A DNA stretch of 64,000 bases from Squalus acanthias. Taxonomy: Eukaryota. The DNA is taken from positions 58,034,001 through 58,098,000 of the forward strand of contig CM059438.1 of assembly GCA_030390025.1 (NCBI GenBank), written 5' to 3'. Numbering within the stretch: the stretch's first letter is position 1; every line of letters begins with the position of its first letter. Both the position numbers and the translations under genes were made by a program. The notes beneath the pieces were generated by a model. The model was not told the DNA's origin. It saw only the letters and a program-made list of their open reading frames with translations, and searched no databases. Below, piece after piece: positions 22,392 to 33,867 of this stretch.

Positions 22392-25300
22392 GGGAAATTT
22401 AAATTCAGTTAATTAAATAAATTTGGACTTAAAAGCTAGTATCAGTAATGGTGACCATGAAACTATCGGATTGTCATAAAAACCCATCTGGTTCACTAAT
22501 GTCCTTTAGGGAAGGAAATCTGCAGTCCTTACCTGGTCTGGCCTATATGTGACTCCAGACCCACAGCAATGTCGTTGACTCTTAACTGCCCTCTGAAATG
22601 GCCTAGCAAGCCACTCAGTTGTACAAAACCGCTACGAGAAACAATAATAAGAATAAAACCGAACGAACCACCCAGCATCGACCTCGGCACCGGCTTCGGA
22701 CACGACAATGGCACACCCAGCCCAGTTGACCATGCAAAGTCTTCCTCACTAACATCTGGGGACTTGTGCCAAAATTGGGACAGCTGTCCCACAGACTAGT
22801 CAAGCAACAGCCTGACATAGTCATACTCACAGAATCACACCTTTCAACCAATGTCCCAAACTCCTCCATCACCATCCCTGGGTATGTCCTGTCCCACCAA
22901 CAGGACAGTCCCACCAGACGTGGTGGCACAGTGGTATACAGTCGGGAGGGAGTGGCCCTAAGAGTCCTCAACATTGACTCCGGATCCCATGAAGTCTCAT
23001 GGCTTCAGGTCAAGCATGGGCAAGCAAACCATCTGCTGATTACCACCTACTGCCCTCCCGCAGCTTATAAATCAGTACTACTCCATGTTGAACACCACTT
23101 GGAAGAAGCACTGAGGGTAGCAAGGGCACAGAATGCACACTGGGTAGTGGACTTCAATGTCCATCACCAAGAGTGGCTCGGTAGCACCACTACTGACCGA
23201 GTTGGCCGAGTCCTGAAGGACATTGCTGCCAGACTGGGACTGCGGCTGGTGGTGAGAGAACCAACATGAGAGAAAAACCTACTTGACCTCGTCCTCACCA
23301 ATCTACCTGTCGCAAATGCATCTGTCCATGACAGCATTGGTAGCAGTGACCACCGCACAGTCCTTGTGGAGATGAAATCCCGTCTTCACACTGAGGACAC
23401 CCTCCGTCATGTTGTGTGGTACTACCACCGTGCTAAATGGGACAAATTCAGAACAGATCTAGCAGCTCAAAACTGGGCATCCATGAGGTGCTGTGGGCCA
23501 TCAGCAGCAGCAGAATTGTATTCCACCACAATCTGTAAACTCATGGCCTGGCATATCCCTCACTTTACCATTACCATCAAGCCAGAGGACCAACCCTGGT
23601 TCAATAAGGAGTGTAGAAGAGCATGCCAGGAGCAGCACCAGGCGTACCTAAACATGAGGTGCCGACATGGGGAAGCTGCAGCACAGGACTACATGCATGC
23701 TAACCACCAGAAGCAGCATGCTATATACAGAACTAAGCGATCCCACAATCAACGGATCAGATCAAAGCTCTGCAGTCCTGCCACATCCAGTCGTGAATGG
23801 TGGTGGACAATTAAACAACTAACAGGAGGAGGAGGCTCTATGAATATCCCCATCCTCAATGATGGTGGAGCCCAGCAAGTGAGTGCAAAAGACAAGGCTG
23901 AAGCGTTTGCAACCATCTTCAGCCAGAAGTGCCAAGTGGATGCTCCATATCGGCCTCCTCCTGAGGTCCCCACCATCACAGAAGCTAGTCTTAAGTCAAT
24001 TTGATTCACTCCACGTGATATCAAGAAACTGCTGAGCGCACTGGATACAGCAAAAGCTATGGGCTCCGACAACATCCTGGCTGTCGTGCTGAAGACTTGT
24101 GCTCCAGAACTAGCTGTGCCTCTAGCCAAGCTGTTCCAGTATAGCTACAGCACTGGTATCTATTCAACAATGTGGAAAACTGCCCAGATATATCCTGTCC
24201 TCCAAAAGCAGGACAAATCGAATCCGGCCAATTACCGCCCCATCAGTCAACTCTCAATCATCAGCAAAGTGATGGAAGGTGTTGTCAACAGTGCTATCAA
24301 GCGGCACTTACTCACCAATAACCTGCTCACTGATGCTCAGTTTGGGTTCCGCCACAACCATTCAGCACCAGGCCTCATTACAGCCTTCATCCAAACATGG
24401 ACCAAAGAGCTGAATTCCAGAGGTGAGAGTGACTGCCCTTGACATCAAGGCAGCATTTGACTGAGTGTGGCAACAAGGAGCCCTAGTAAAATCAGCGTCA
24501 GTAGGAATCAGGGGCAAAACTCTTCACTGGCTGGAGTCATACTCAGCACAAAGGAAGATGGTTGTGGTTGTTGGAGGTCAATCATCTCAGCCCCAGGACA
24601 TCGCAGCATGAGTTCCTCAGTGCAGTGTCCTAGGCCCAACCACCTTCAGCTGCATCATCAATGACCTTCCCTCCATCATAAGGTCAGAAGTGAGGATGTT
24701 CGCTGATGATTACACAGTGTTCAGTTCCATTCGCAACTCCTCAGATAATGAAGCAGTCCATGCCCGCATGCAGCAAGACTTGGACAACATTCAGGCTTGG
24801 GCTGACAAGTGGCAAGTAACATTTGCGCCAGACAAGTGCCAGGCAATGACTATCTCCAGAAAGCGAGAATCTAACCACCACCCGTTGACATTTAACGGCA
24901 TTACAATTGCCGAATCCCCCACCATCAACATCCTGGGGGTCACCATTGACCAGAAACTTAACTGGACCAGCCACATAAATACTGTGGCTACAAGAGCTGG
25001 TCAGAGGCTGGGTATTCTGTGGTGAGTGTCTCATCTCCTGACTCCCCAAAGCCTTTCCACCATCTACAAGGCACAAGTCAGGAGTGTGATGGAATACTCT
25101 CCACTTGCCTGGATGAGTGCAGCTCCATCAACACTCAAGAAGCTCGACATCATCCAGGACAAAGCAGCCTGCTTGATTGGCACCCCATCACCACCTTAAA
25201 CATTCACTCACTCCACCACCGGTGCACAGTGGCTACAGTGTGCATCTAAAAGGTGCACTGCAGCAACTCGCCAAGGCTTCTTCAGCAGCACGTACCAAAC

Positions 25301-25395
25301 CCACGATCTCTACCACCCAGAAGGCCAAGGGAAGCAGGTGCATGGGAACACCATCACCTACAAGTTCCCCTCCAAGTTACACACCATCCTGACTT
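22392..25395 (+). mobile_element. CR1/L2-group LINE (second family): SINE-like leader followed by degraded APE + RT
   Basis: PDIVILTES, DFN, SDH, NPANYRPIS, QFGFR, FADD motifs in ORFs 22766-25025. Confidence 0.9.
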
Positions 25396-25399
25396 GGTC

Positions 25400-25938
25400 A
25401 AAGAGGGTGGTAGAGGGAGTGAATAAGGTGGATGGGGTGCCGATCAAGTGGGCTGCTTTTTCCTGGATGGTGTTGAGTTTCTTGAGTGTTGTTGGAGCTG
25501 CACTTATTCAGGCAAGTGAAGAGTATTCCATCATACTCCTGAATTGTGCCTTGCAGATGGTTGAAAGGCTTTGGAAGTCAGGAGGTGAGACACTCGCTGC
25601 AGAATACCCAGCCTCTGACCTGCTCTTATAGCCATAGTATTTACGTGGCTGGCCCAGTTAAGTTTCCGGTCAATGTTGACTCCCAGGATGTTGATGGTGG
25701 GGGATTCGGTGATGGTAATGCCGTTGAATGTCAAGGGGTGGAGGTTAGATTCTCTCTTGTTGGAGACAGTCATTGCCTGGCACTTGTGTGGCGCGAATCT
25801 TACCTGCCACTCATCAGCCCAAGCCTAAATGTCCTACAGGTCTTGCTGCATGCGGACGCAGACTGCTTCATTATCTGAGGAGTTGCGAATGGAACTGAAC
25901 ACTACAATCATCAGCGAATATCCCCACTTCTGACCTTA
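25400..25938 (-). mobile_element. Inverted fragment of the same LINE family
   Basis: Reverse complement of about 24670-25170 (ESPTINILGV..D.KLNW). Confidence 0.88.
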
Positions 25939-26612
25939 TAGAATCATACAATGTTTACAGCACAGAAGGAGGCCATTCAGCCCGTTGAGCCCGTGCCAGC
26001 TCTCTCCAAGAGCACGTCAGCTAGTCCCACTCCACCGCCCTTTCCCCGTAGCCCTGCAAATTTTTTTCCTTCAGGTACTTAGCCAATTCCCTTTTGAAAG
26101 CCACAATTGAGTCTGCCTCCACCACCCTTTCAGGCAGTGCATTGCAGATCCAAACCACTCACTGCGTGAAAAGGTTTTTCCTCATGTCGCCTTTGGTTCT
26201 TTTGCCAATCACCTTAAATCTGTGTCTTCTGGTTCTCAACCCTTCCACCAATGGGAACAGTTTCTCTCTACTCTATCTCGACCCCTCATGATTTTGAACA
26301 CCTCTGCTAAATCTGCTCTCAACCTTCTCTGGTCAAAGGAGAACAACCCCAGTTTCTCCAGCCTATCCATGTAACTGAAGTCCCTCATCCCTGGAACCAT
26401 TCTTGTAAATCTTTTCTGCACCCTCTCTAAGGCCTTCACATCTTTCCTAAAGTGTGGTGCCCAGAATTGGACACAATAGTCCAGTTGAGGCCGAACCAGT
26501 GTTTTATAAAGGTTCATCATAACTTCCTTGCTTTTGTCCTCCACGTCTCTATTTATGAAGTCCAGGATCCTGTATGCTTTTTTAACCGCTTTCTCAGCCT
26601 GCCCTGCCACCT
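25939..26612 (-). mobile_element. CR1 3' fragment, same subfamily as 10321-11358
   Basis: ORF 26236-26610 (LYKTLVRPQLDYCVQFW) and a TAGAATCA tail. Confidence 0.92.
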
Positions 26613-29318
26613 GAAGCAGTCATTGGTGGGGCCCTTACGGGCTCCAAAACCCAGAGGACGTCGGCCAAGAGCATCTGAGCAGTCAGAGCAAAGAAGTGAG
26701 CAGCCTGCCCCTACCTCTGTTGAAGCCACAGGGGTTGCACATCACAGAAATTATAGGAAAGGGAAGATGAAAGATTATGAGTTACACAAGGGTATGCACA
26801 TGTGTGGTTTATAAAGAATTATTTCTTTGCACCACTTTCCAGTCTTGCCCATTTTTGCCTGCAGCCTGCCAACTGGCCTTCTCAGTTCTGGTGAATGGCA
26901 AGACAAGACTTAAATCTGACCAATGGGTGTCTTTGAAATGAATGATTTGTTGACTGCAGGACTGCTTTGTGATGGGGGAGGAGAAGGGGGTAAGTGTGTT
27001 CAACACGTGGCTGCCAGATGAGTACAGTGGTGCAACCTAACTACATGTTGCCATGAGGTGTCCATCCCAGGCAGCAATGTGCGCTGCTGTTGATGCTGGT
27101 GCTTATCTTGGTCCTCATCTGAGGTCCAAGATGAAACAGCATAAGCAGCACCCATGCTGATCTGATATATGACAGCTTTAAAGTGGAGATCAGACGCACA
27201 AACCTCCAAAGTAGTGAGAGTGACCTCCAATGTAGTGAAAGTCACCTCCAAAGTTGTAGAAATTACCTCCAAAGCTGTCGAAATCACTGTTGTAGATCAT
27301 CCAGCCAGCCCAGATTGCTGCTGTCCATGCTGAGGTGGTGCAGTCCGCAGCCGGGCCTTCTAGGCCCAGAGCTGCTCGAGGTCATCCTGCAAGGCCATCT
27401 GCAGTCTCCCCCACTGAAAGTCATCAGCCTTCCACCAGCTTGCTGCAGCCACTGAGGTAGCACTTCGTAGGAGTACTAGGACAGGGAAAGGCACACTGAA
27501 GACAGGCACTAAGGGAATGCACAAAAACGATTAGTTGACTTTGTTATGTAATATTGGATGGATTGATGTATAGTGGTGGTTATTATTTCAGCAATGTGAC
27601 CAAGAGGACAATGTCGTGGTCAGTAACAGAGGGAAGGTAAGGTGTGGGACTATTGTTGAATGGGGAATTGGAGTTGTGTTCACTGGTACCGCTGTTGGGT
27701 GAGTTGATTATGGACAGTCTGGGCAGAAAGAGGCTGTCTGGGTTGCCTCCTCCCTTCCTCCTCCTCCTCCTCTCCCACTTCCTCATCCTCCTTTTTCCTC
27801 CTCTTCCTCTTCCGTTTCCTCCTCCTCCTTCTCTTCCTCCTCCTCTTTCTCCTGCTCCTCATCCTCAGCTGGTCGCATATGCCTGGTGGCAAGGGCTGTG
27901 CCCTCATGATGGCGAGGTTGTGAAGCATACAGCAGACCATGTCAAATCTTGAAACGTGCTCTAGTGTGTACTGCAGGACTTCTTCAGAGCAGTCAAGGCA
28001 GCAGAAACATTGTTTAAGAATGCCAATGATCTGCTCTATCAGATTCTGTGTGGCAGCATGACTTTCGTTATATGCATACTGCCTATATGTGCGTGGGTTG
28101 GGCAGCGGAGTCATGAGCCAGGTGGTCAGCGGATAGCCTTTGCCGCCCTGTAGCCACCCTCTGGTTTGTCGTGGTGGCTCAAAGACTGCGGGAACAGGGT
28201 ACAGTGCAGAATAAAAGCATGATGACTACTGCCAGGATACCGGGCATTCACCATCATGATGTACTGAGCATGGTCACACACCAACTGCACATTCAGCGAG
28301 TTTTAACCTTTGTGTTTGTGGTAGATCTCAGCATTTAGATGGGGCGCCTGCAAAGCCACGTTCGTGCAGTTGATGGCACCCTGCACCATGGGGAAGCCTG
28401 CTATCCTGGCAAAGCCACGTGCACGTTCTGCCTGCTGCTCTCTGGTGTCAGAGAGAAGACAATGAACTCCCCTCTCCTGGCATAAAGAGCGTCTGTCACC
28501 TCTCTTATGCAGCAGTGGACGGCAAACTGGGAGATGTTACAGATGTCGCCTGCTCCAGCCTGGAAGGATCCCAACGCAAAGAAATTCAGGGCCACGTCAC
28601 CTTCACAGCCACTGGCAGTGCTGTCCTTGCCCTGGCGTGAGGCTGCAGGTCTGGTTGCAAGAGGGGGAAGAGTTCTGTGAGCACCTCCTTTGTAAAGCAC
28701 AGACGCCTCAGACACTGCTCCTGGCTCAGGCTGAGGTAAGAGAATTTCTCTCGGAAAACTCTAGGTTGGTAAGGCCTCCTGCTGAGAGCCCTTCTCCCCC
28801 TCCTCCTCCTCCCTCTGCGAGCAGCTTGTCCTCTTCTTTGCTGCCTCTGCTCCATCTCCCTGTCACTAGAGCACACATGACTGGAAGCAAGTGGTCTGAC
28901 CAGAACCCTTGATGTCAGAACCAAGACCTTCTCCACTTGCAGCACCACTCCCTGTCACCTCACCAACTTTAAACAATTCTGGAAAGCTCCAAACACTTCC
29001 ACAAATTTAAACTGAACCAGTAGAAATTAATCAGCAAATAGCCTGAGAGTGGTTGCTGGTGCATTTAAATATCGCTGGTGGGGTCCTTCCTGCTGCTGAA
29101 TGTATGTTCAGCTGTGCAAAGTTAAGACCGGGCATTAGCTCCAGCGTTGAGGATGAAAATGGCAGCACTGGCGTCAAATCAGCACCACCCTCACCAAGAG
29201 GGCGGCTGGTGCGGCACGCACCAAAAGTGTGTGCGTGCAGCGTGGATACTATTTTCATCACAAAATGGCACCCATAGTGCCGAAGAATCGGGAGCTATGG
29301 AGCCAAATTTCTAGTCCT
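26613..29318. mobile_element. Composite of Harbinger pieces: two Myb-gene C-termini (+), a core-deleted transposase stub (27000-27155, -) and a frameshifted DDE transposase (about 27680-28880, -)
   Basis: YLSLSQEQCLRRL, LPVAVKV, NFFALGSFQ, YNESHAATQNLIEQIIGILK, CCMLHN motifs. TIR-like end AAATTTCTAGTCC. Confidence 0.85.
27200..27290. repeat. 21-bp tandem repeat, about 4 copies (ACCTCCAAAGT.GT.GAAA.T)
   Basis: Directly visible, upstream of the transposase stub. Confidence 0.75.
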
Positions 29319-30529
29319 CAGTCTTTGAATCCATAAGGGCTGTACTTAGCTGGAATGAAAAAAAGCAAATAAGGTACAGTACTGCATTGAAAGAGAGAAA
29401 AGAGGCAACTTTCAAATGTACTGCAAGTCGGGCGAGTGGTGGATGGGGTGTCTGTTAGCCCCACCTAATGGCACTGACAGGAGGTCCGAAACATTTTCAT
29501 GGTTGGGCCTCATCTGCATAATATCGGTAAATTGCCACCACTCAACAAGCTTCCTGATTGGGGTTGGGGAGGTTCGGGAATTACAGTGAAGCTAAGTCAG
29601 ATATACATACTTAAAGATGGGGGGCAGTGGGTGCAGTATGGGGCATAGAAGGACCATTTATGCTCCTCCTTGTCCAACAAAAATCAGTACCTCAGCTTTT
29701 TTTGGGGGCGTTTGAGAGTGGCCTCTGGCGGTCCCTTTAAGGACTGTTAAATACGTTGGTCTACATCTACTGTCAATGGGCAGAGCGTGTGCTATGCATG
29801 CTTCGTCCATTGGCACCTGAAAATTGTGTTGGGGTCCTACAACCATATTTTACATAAAACTGCCACCAACTTTGAACCACTGGAAATACTCTGCAACAAT
29901 GGCAAGATCGGCGACGTACGCCATAAATATCACCATTTTGCACTGCGATTGCGCCATTGCAAACTTACTCCAACATTTCCTGGAATTCTAATTTGAATAT
30001 GGTGCAGTGAGCATAACAGTGAACCAGAAGCGGTGCAGCCAATGGCCAATGCTTGCTGCTATCAGCTTTTAGTACTTGCAAATGTAGAAGGGCCGATGTG
30101 TGTTAACTGATATTTTGTTTTTTTTTGGAGCAGCTCTTCACATCCTTCATCCTCCTATTTAACATATATGATCAAAATGTTGGCTAATATTTGCCACTGT
30201 GCATTTTTTGTGAGCTTGGTAGAATTTGGAATGATCTATTTTAGAGGAACTTTTATTTTCCAAATTAACAATTCTTCAATGTCAGGAAGAAAGTAATTTT
30301 AGAAAAGCATTCCAATAACACTTGCAAGGTGCAGACATTTTACAGCATGGCAGTTGAGTTGGCTGGTACATGCAAAAATGCTTCCTATCTAAAACTACAC
30401 AATAAGTGTTGTCTATATTGACCTTTTTATCCCAGGACGAGATGTAAATCAGTGTTGCAATGATTAGTACTTTTATTGTGCTGTCGATAATTGTTTGAGC
30501 TGCAGTTCTCTGAAAGTTTAGGTGAGACT

Positions 30530-30746
30530 TGACGTTAGAAAACTACTAGACACTTGGTCTGAGTATTAAACAAGGCTTTAATCAACTGTTTTTCAACATG
30601 GAAATCTAGTTGTGTTCTTCACTAGTTCCTGTTAAAGAATGTCCTGAGCAAGCTGGGCCCATGCCCGAGTATTTATACTCTCCCTGGACAGCGCCACCAG
30701 CAGGCCGCCCAGTATTGTTTCATAAGTCATTTCCACATGAATGACA
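30530..30746 (-). mobile_element. Possible solo LTR
   Basis: TG...CA ends and flanks AGACT/AGATT. TATAAATA then ATTAAA in the correct order on - strand. Confidence 0.4.
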
Positions 30747-31325
30747 AGATTCATGTCAAGACTGTTTATTAGGATCAACTTGATTTTGGCTCTCTATTTC
30801 CATGTACATTTTTTTGCATGTCTTTTGTTATGATAAGTGGTTAAAATAAAGTTTTGACTGGAGGTGTGTGTGGGTGGGAGTGGAGGCATTTTAATCACAA
30901 AAAGAACATCTTTGATTTTTATATATATAATCTGATTAAAATGACTGTATTCAAATAATCCTCTGTGTAATGCCTGGCTGCAATCAGAGTAAGTCAAACT
31001 GTTGTCTCGCTCACTCATAACATTAGATAAAGCAAACATTAATGCTCGTAATTGCTCCTCTCAGCACATGCTAAGCACTGTTTGCTAGCCGCAGATGCAA
31101 CACTACCAGCCCAAATGCTGTTGCTAAAGCTGATTATAAATAATTTATTCAGCATTGGAAATATGTTTAAAGAAAACTGACCTTGAAGTAATAAATGATG
31201 CTGCTGCTAGGTCATCAAGGGCACGTTCATGCACCATTACAAAGACACATATCTCCAGGAAATTCTGGGCCAATATTTCTTGATTTATAATAGTACTATC
31301 ATTGAGAGGGTACAAAAGTGATCAA

Positions 31326-31545
31326 CATAGAATCATAGAGTCATACAGCACAGAAGGAGTCCACTCGGCCCATCGTGTTTGTTCCGGCTCTTTGAAAGAG
31401 CTGTCCAATTAGTCCCACTCCCCTGCTCTTTTCCCATAGCCCTGCAAATCTTTCCTTTTCACGCATTTATCCAATTCTCTTTTGAAAGTTATTATTGAAT
31501 CGGCTTCCACGACCTTTTCAGGCTGTGAATTCCAGATTATAACAA
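31326..31545 (-). mobile_element. CR1 3' tail fragment
   Basis: CATAGAATCATAGAGTCATACAGCACAGAAGG, matching 8293. Confidence 0.8.
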
Positions 31546-31566
31546 CATAGAAAATTAAAACTTTCA

Positions 31567-32572
31567 GAGATGAGAAATTGGACTTGGTAGCACCCTTTTT
31601 TAGGCGCTTTGACTCCCCTTAAGATTCCAAAATGGCATCTGCAGTGCACGCGCACACTTATGATGTGAAGCGCGCCGACGCCATCTTGGTAAATACGTTG
31701 GCGTGCGTGCAGTTGACATCCACTGTAAGTATGCAGAACAAGCAGATCATGATGTCAATCAGCGTGCAACGCTGATTTGATGCCAGCGCTACCATTTTGG
31801 AGCTCAACGCTCCAGCCGACGCACTCTCTTAAACTCATACAACTGAACACGCATTAAACAGCAGGAAGGACCACCCCACCAGTGCTATTTAAAGAGATCA
31901 TCAACTACTTACAGCTCAATTGCTGGTTGCTTTCTTCTGGCTGTTGCTGGTGCATTGAGCAATGGCTAAGGCTAGTGGTGGAGTTGGTAGAATATGGATA
32001 TTTGAAGATGCATTCACTGACCTTGACCACTCGTGTGAGGTCATTAAACTTCTTGTGGAACTGCATCCATGTCTTTGGGGCTAAACTCCTAGCATTGACC
32101 TCTGCAGCTATCTGCGCCCACTGCATTTTCACCATGTGCCTGAAGGGGCTCCTGGCCCCCTGCGGATACAGGATGTATCCTTTCCACCCTCTCCACCAGT
32201 GCAGCATCAGAAAAACGGGATGCCCGCTGTCTCCCATGTTCAGCCACTCTTCAGTCTTTCCCAGATCAGATACAGCTCACAAAAAACCCCCAGCACCTGC
32301 TCCAGCCACAATGCACCTCCCCTTTAAGAGGTGCAGGCTAGCTTTAAGCAGTGCAGGCTAGCTTTAAGTAATGCTAGCTAGTATCGATTTTGGGGCCCCT
32401 GCTGATGCATGCAGCCAATTGACAGCATGGTTAGCACTGACTGCACATATAAATCATGCTAATGAGCAGGCAGCATGAAGATACTGTGCTGCGTTCATTA
32501 CATGGAACAGGCAAGGGGTAATTCACATCGCAATCCCTGCACCCGTTTTCAGGGGTATCCAATTTAGCTCCC
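31567..32572 (-). mobile_element. Non-autonomous Harbinger derivative retaining Myb exon 1
   Basis: WAQIAAEVNARSLAPKTWMQFHKKFNDLTRVVK|GTCAGT on - strand. TIR-like ends GAGAAATTGG / CCAATTTAGCTCCC. Confidence 0.7.
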
Positions 32573-33361
32573 TATGAGTTTATATTATAAGGAAAGACTT
32601 AAAAAGTTGGGCCTGTTTTCTTTGGAAAAGAGGAGACTTTGAGGTTTTTTATATAAGTTTTTACGATTATGAATGGCATTGGAAAAATTGATCCTGGCAA
32701 ACTGTTGAGTCTGGTAAAGATTTCAAATACTAGGTAAAATACTAGTTAAAAATTAAAAAGTTAAGAATAACTTGGCAAGCCGCAGGAATATTTCACCCAA
32801 AGGTTAATGGACTTATGGAATAAGTTGCCAGGGAAGTCCTTTGAAGCAGCCAATATAATGTTTGCATTTCCGGAGAGAGAAGTGATTGAGAGACATGATG
32901 AGGAGGTGTGTATCTGGAGTTGAGCTCTGAAAAGGGGCAGGCTTGTTGGGCTATTTACTGTTCCTAAAAACGGGAAAAAATATTATGATTGGAGCATAAA
33001 TATGTGGTATAATGGACTGCTAGCACATAGGTTCACACTTGTGATGTCTCCACACCACCAAGTTCCCAATCTGAACCAATGCACTATTGTAAAATTGTAA
33101 GCAGCGAAGGATTGGAAAATTGGATGGAAAGTCACCCTAGGCTGTGTTGACACACCATTTAGCATCTGATTGAAAGTGGCAGAGGTGGAGGTCTGGGATC
33201 TAGTTACCAGCCACAGTTGTTGCAAGGTACACAGTTAAACCTAGAAAATCATTTTAAAAAGGTATATATAGCCTCACAAAAATATATAAATGATAATGGC
33301 ACTAATATTTTTGCTGCAGGGAAATATGTGATTTGTCACTAATATTTGAATTTGATTATGC

Positions 33362-33680
33362 CATAGGAACAAGAGTGGACCATTCAGTCCCTCGAGCCTG
33401 TTCTGCCATTCAATTAGATTATGGCTGATCTGTATCTCAACTCCATTTACCCGCCCTTGATCCATTTCCCTTGATACCCTTAACCAATGTTCCCTGTAAG
33501 CTGCTCTTTGTTCTGCACGGCCTGTTTCTTTTTCTGCGTGGTCTCTTCTAAATTTCTGCGCATGCACGGTACTTTCAATGGAAAAGCCAGTGAGTGGCCT
33601 GCACGGGACCTTTCCCATTACTGCGCGAGCTTAGCTGGAGCATTGCCCTTAACCTAACAAAGATCTATTCATCTCAGTCT
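33362..33680 (-). mobile_element. CR1 3' tail fragment interrupted by a hAT MITE
   Basis: CATAGGAACAAGAGTGGACCATTCAG... resumes after 33653. Confidence 0.75.
33485..33645. mobile_element. hAT-type MITE (161 bp)
   Basis: Exact 8-bp TSD CCCTTAAC (33477-33484 / 33646-33653). TIR CAATGTTCCCTGTAAGCT / AGCTTAGCTGGAGCATTG. Confidence 0.85.
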
Positions 33681-33712
33681 CAGTCATGTTTACCTTTTGC
33701 TTGTTTGTGTAG

Positions 33713-33867
33713 ATGATATTAATTGCCCTGGGGATCCTGACTGGCGCATCTGGAATCATCACTGTTACCTCATCACATCTTTAATCATTACTTGGGAAAA
33801 AGCATTACATATCTGCAGGGCTTACAGAGGCACTGAACTGCTCTACTTGGACACTGTAGCTGAAAAG
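33713..33867 (+). CDS. Exon 2 of the C-type lectin gene, N-terminal part of the CTLD: DDINCPGDPDWRIWNHHCYLITSLIITWEKALHICRAYRGTELLYLDTVAEK
   Basis: Pyrimidine-rich acceptor TTTTGCTTGTTTGTGTAG and AAG|GTAACT donor. 155 nt, phase 1 to 0. CTLD motifs CP..W......CY, W..A...C, L..L....E. Confidence 0.9.

Noticed and set aside
27750..27870. Poly-Arg/Lys or poly-Pro protein segment
   Set aside because: Off-frame readings of the (GAG)n acidic tail of the Harbinger transposase.
29400..30000. Further MITE-like element
   Set aside because: Some resemblance to the 702-1285 family, but I could not define TIRs or a TSD.
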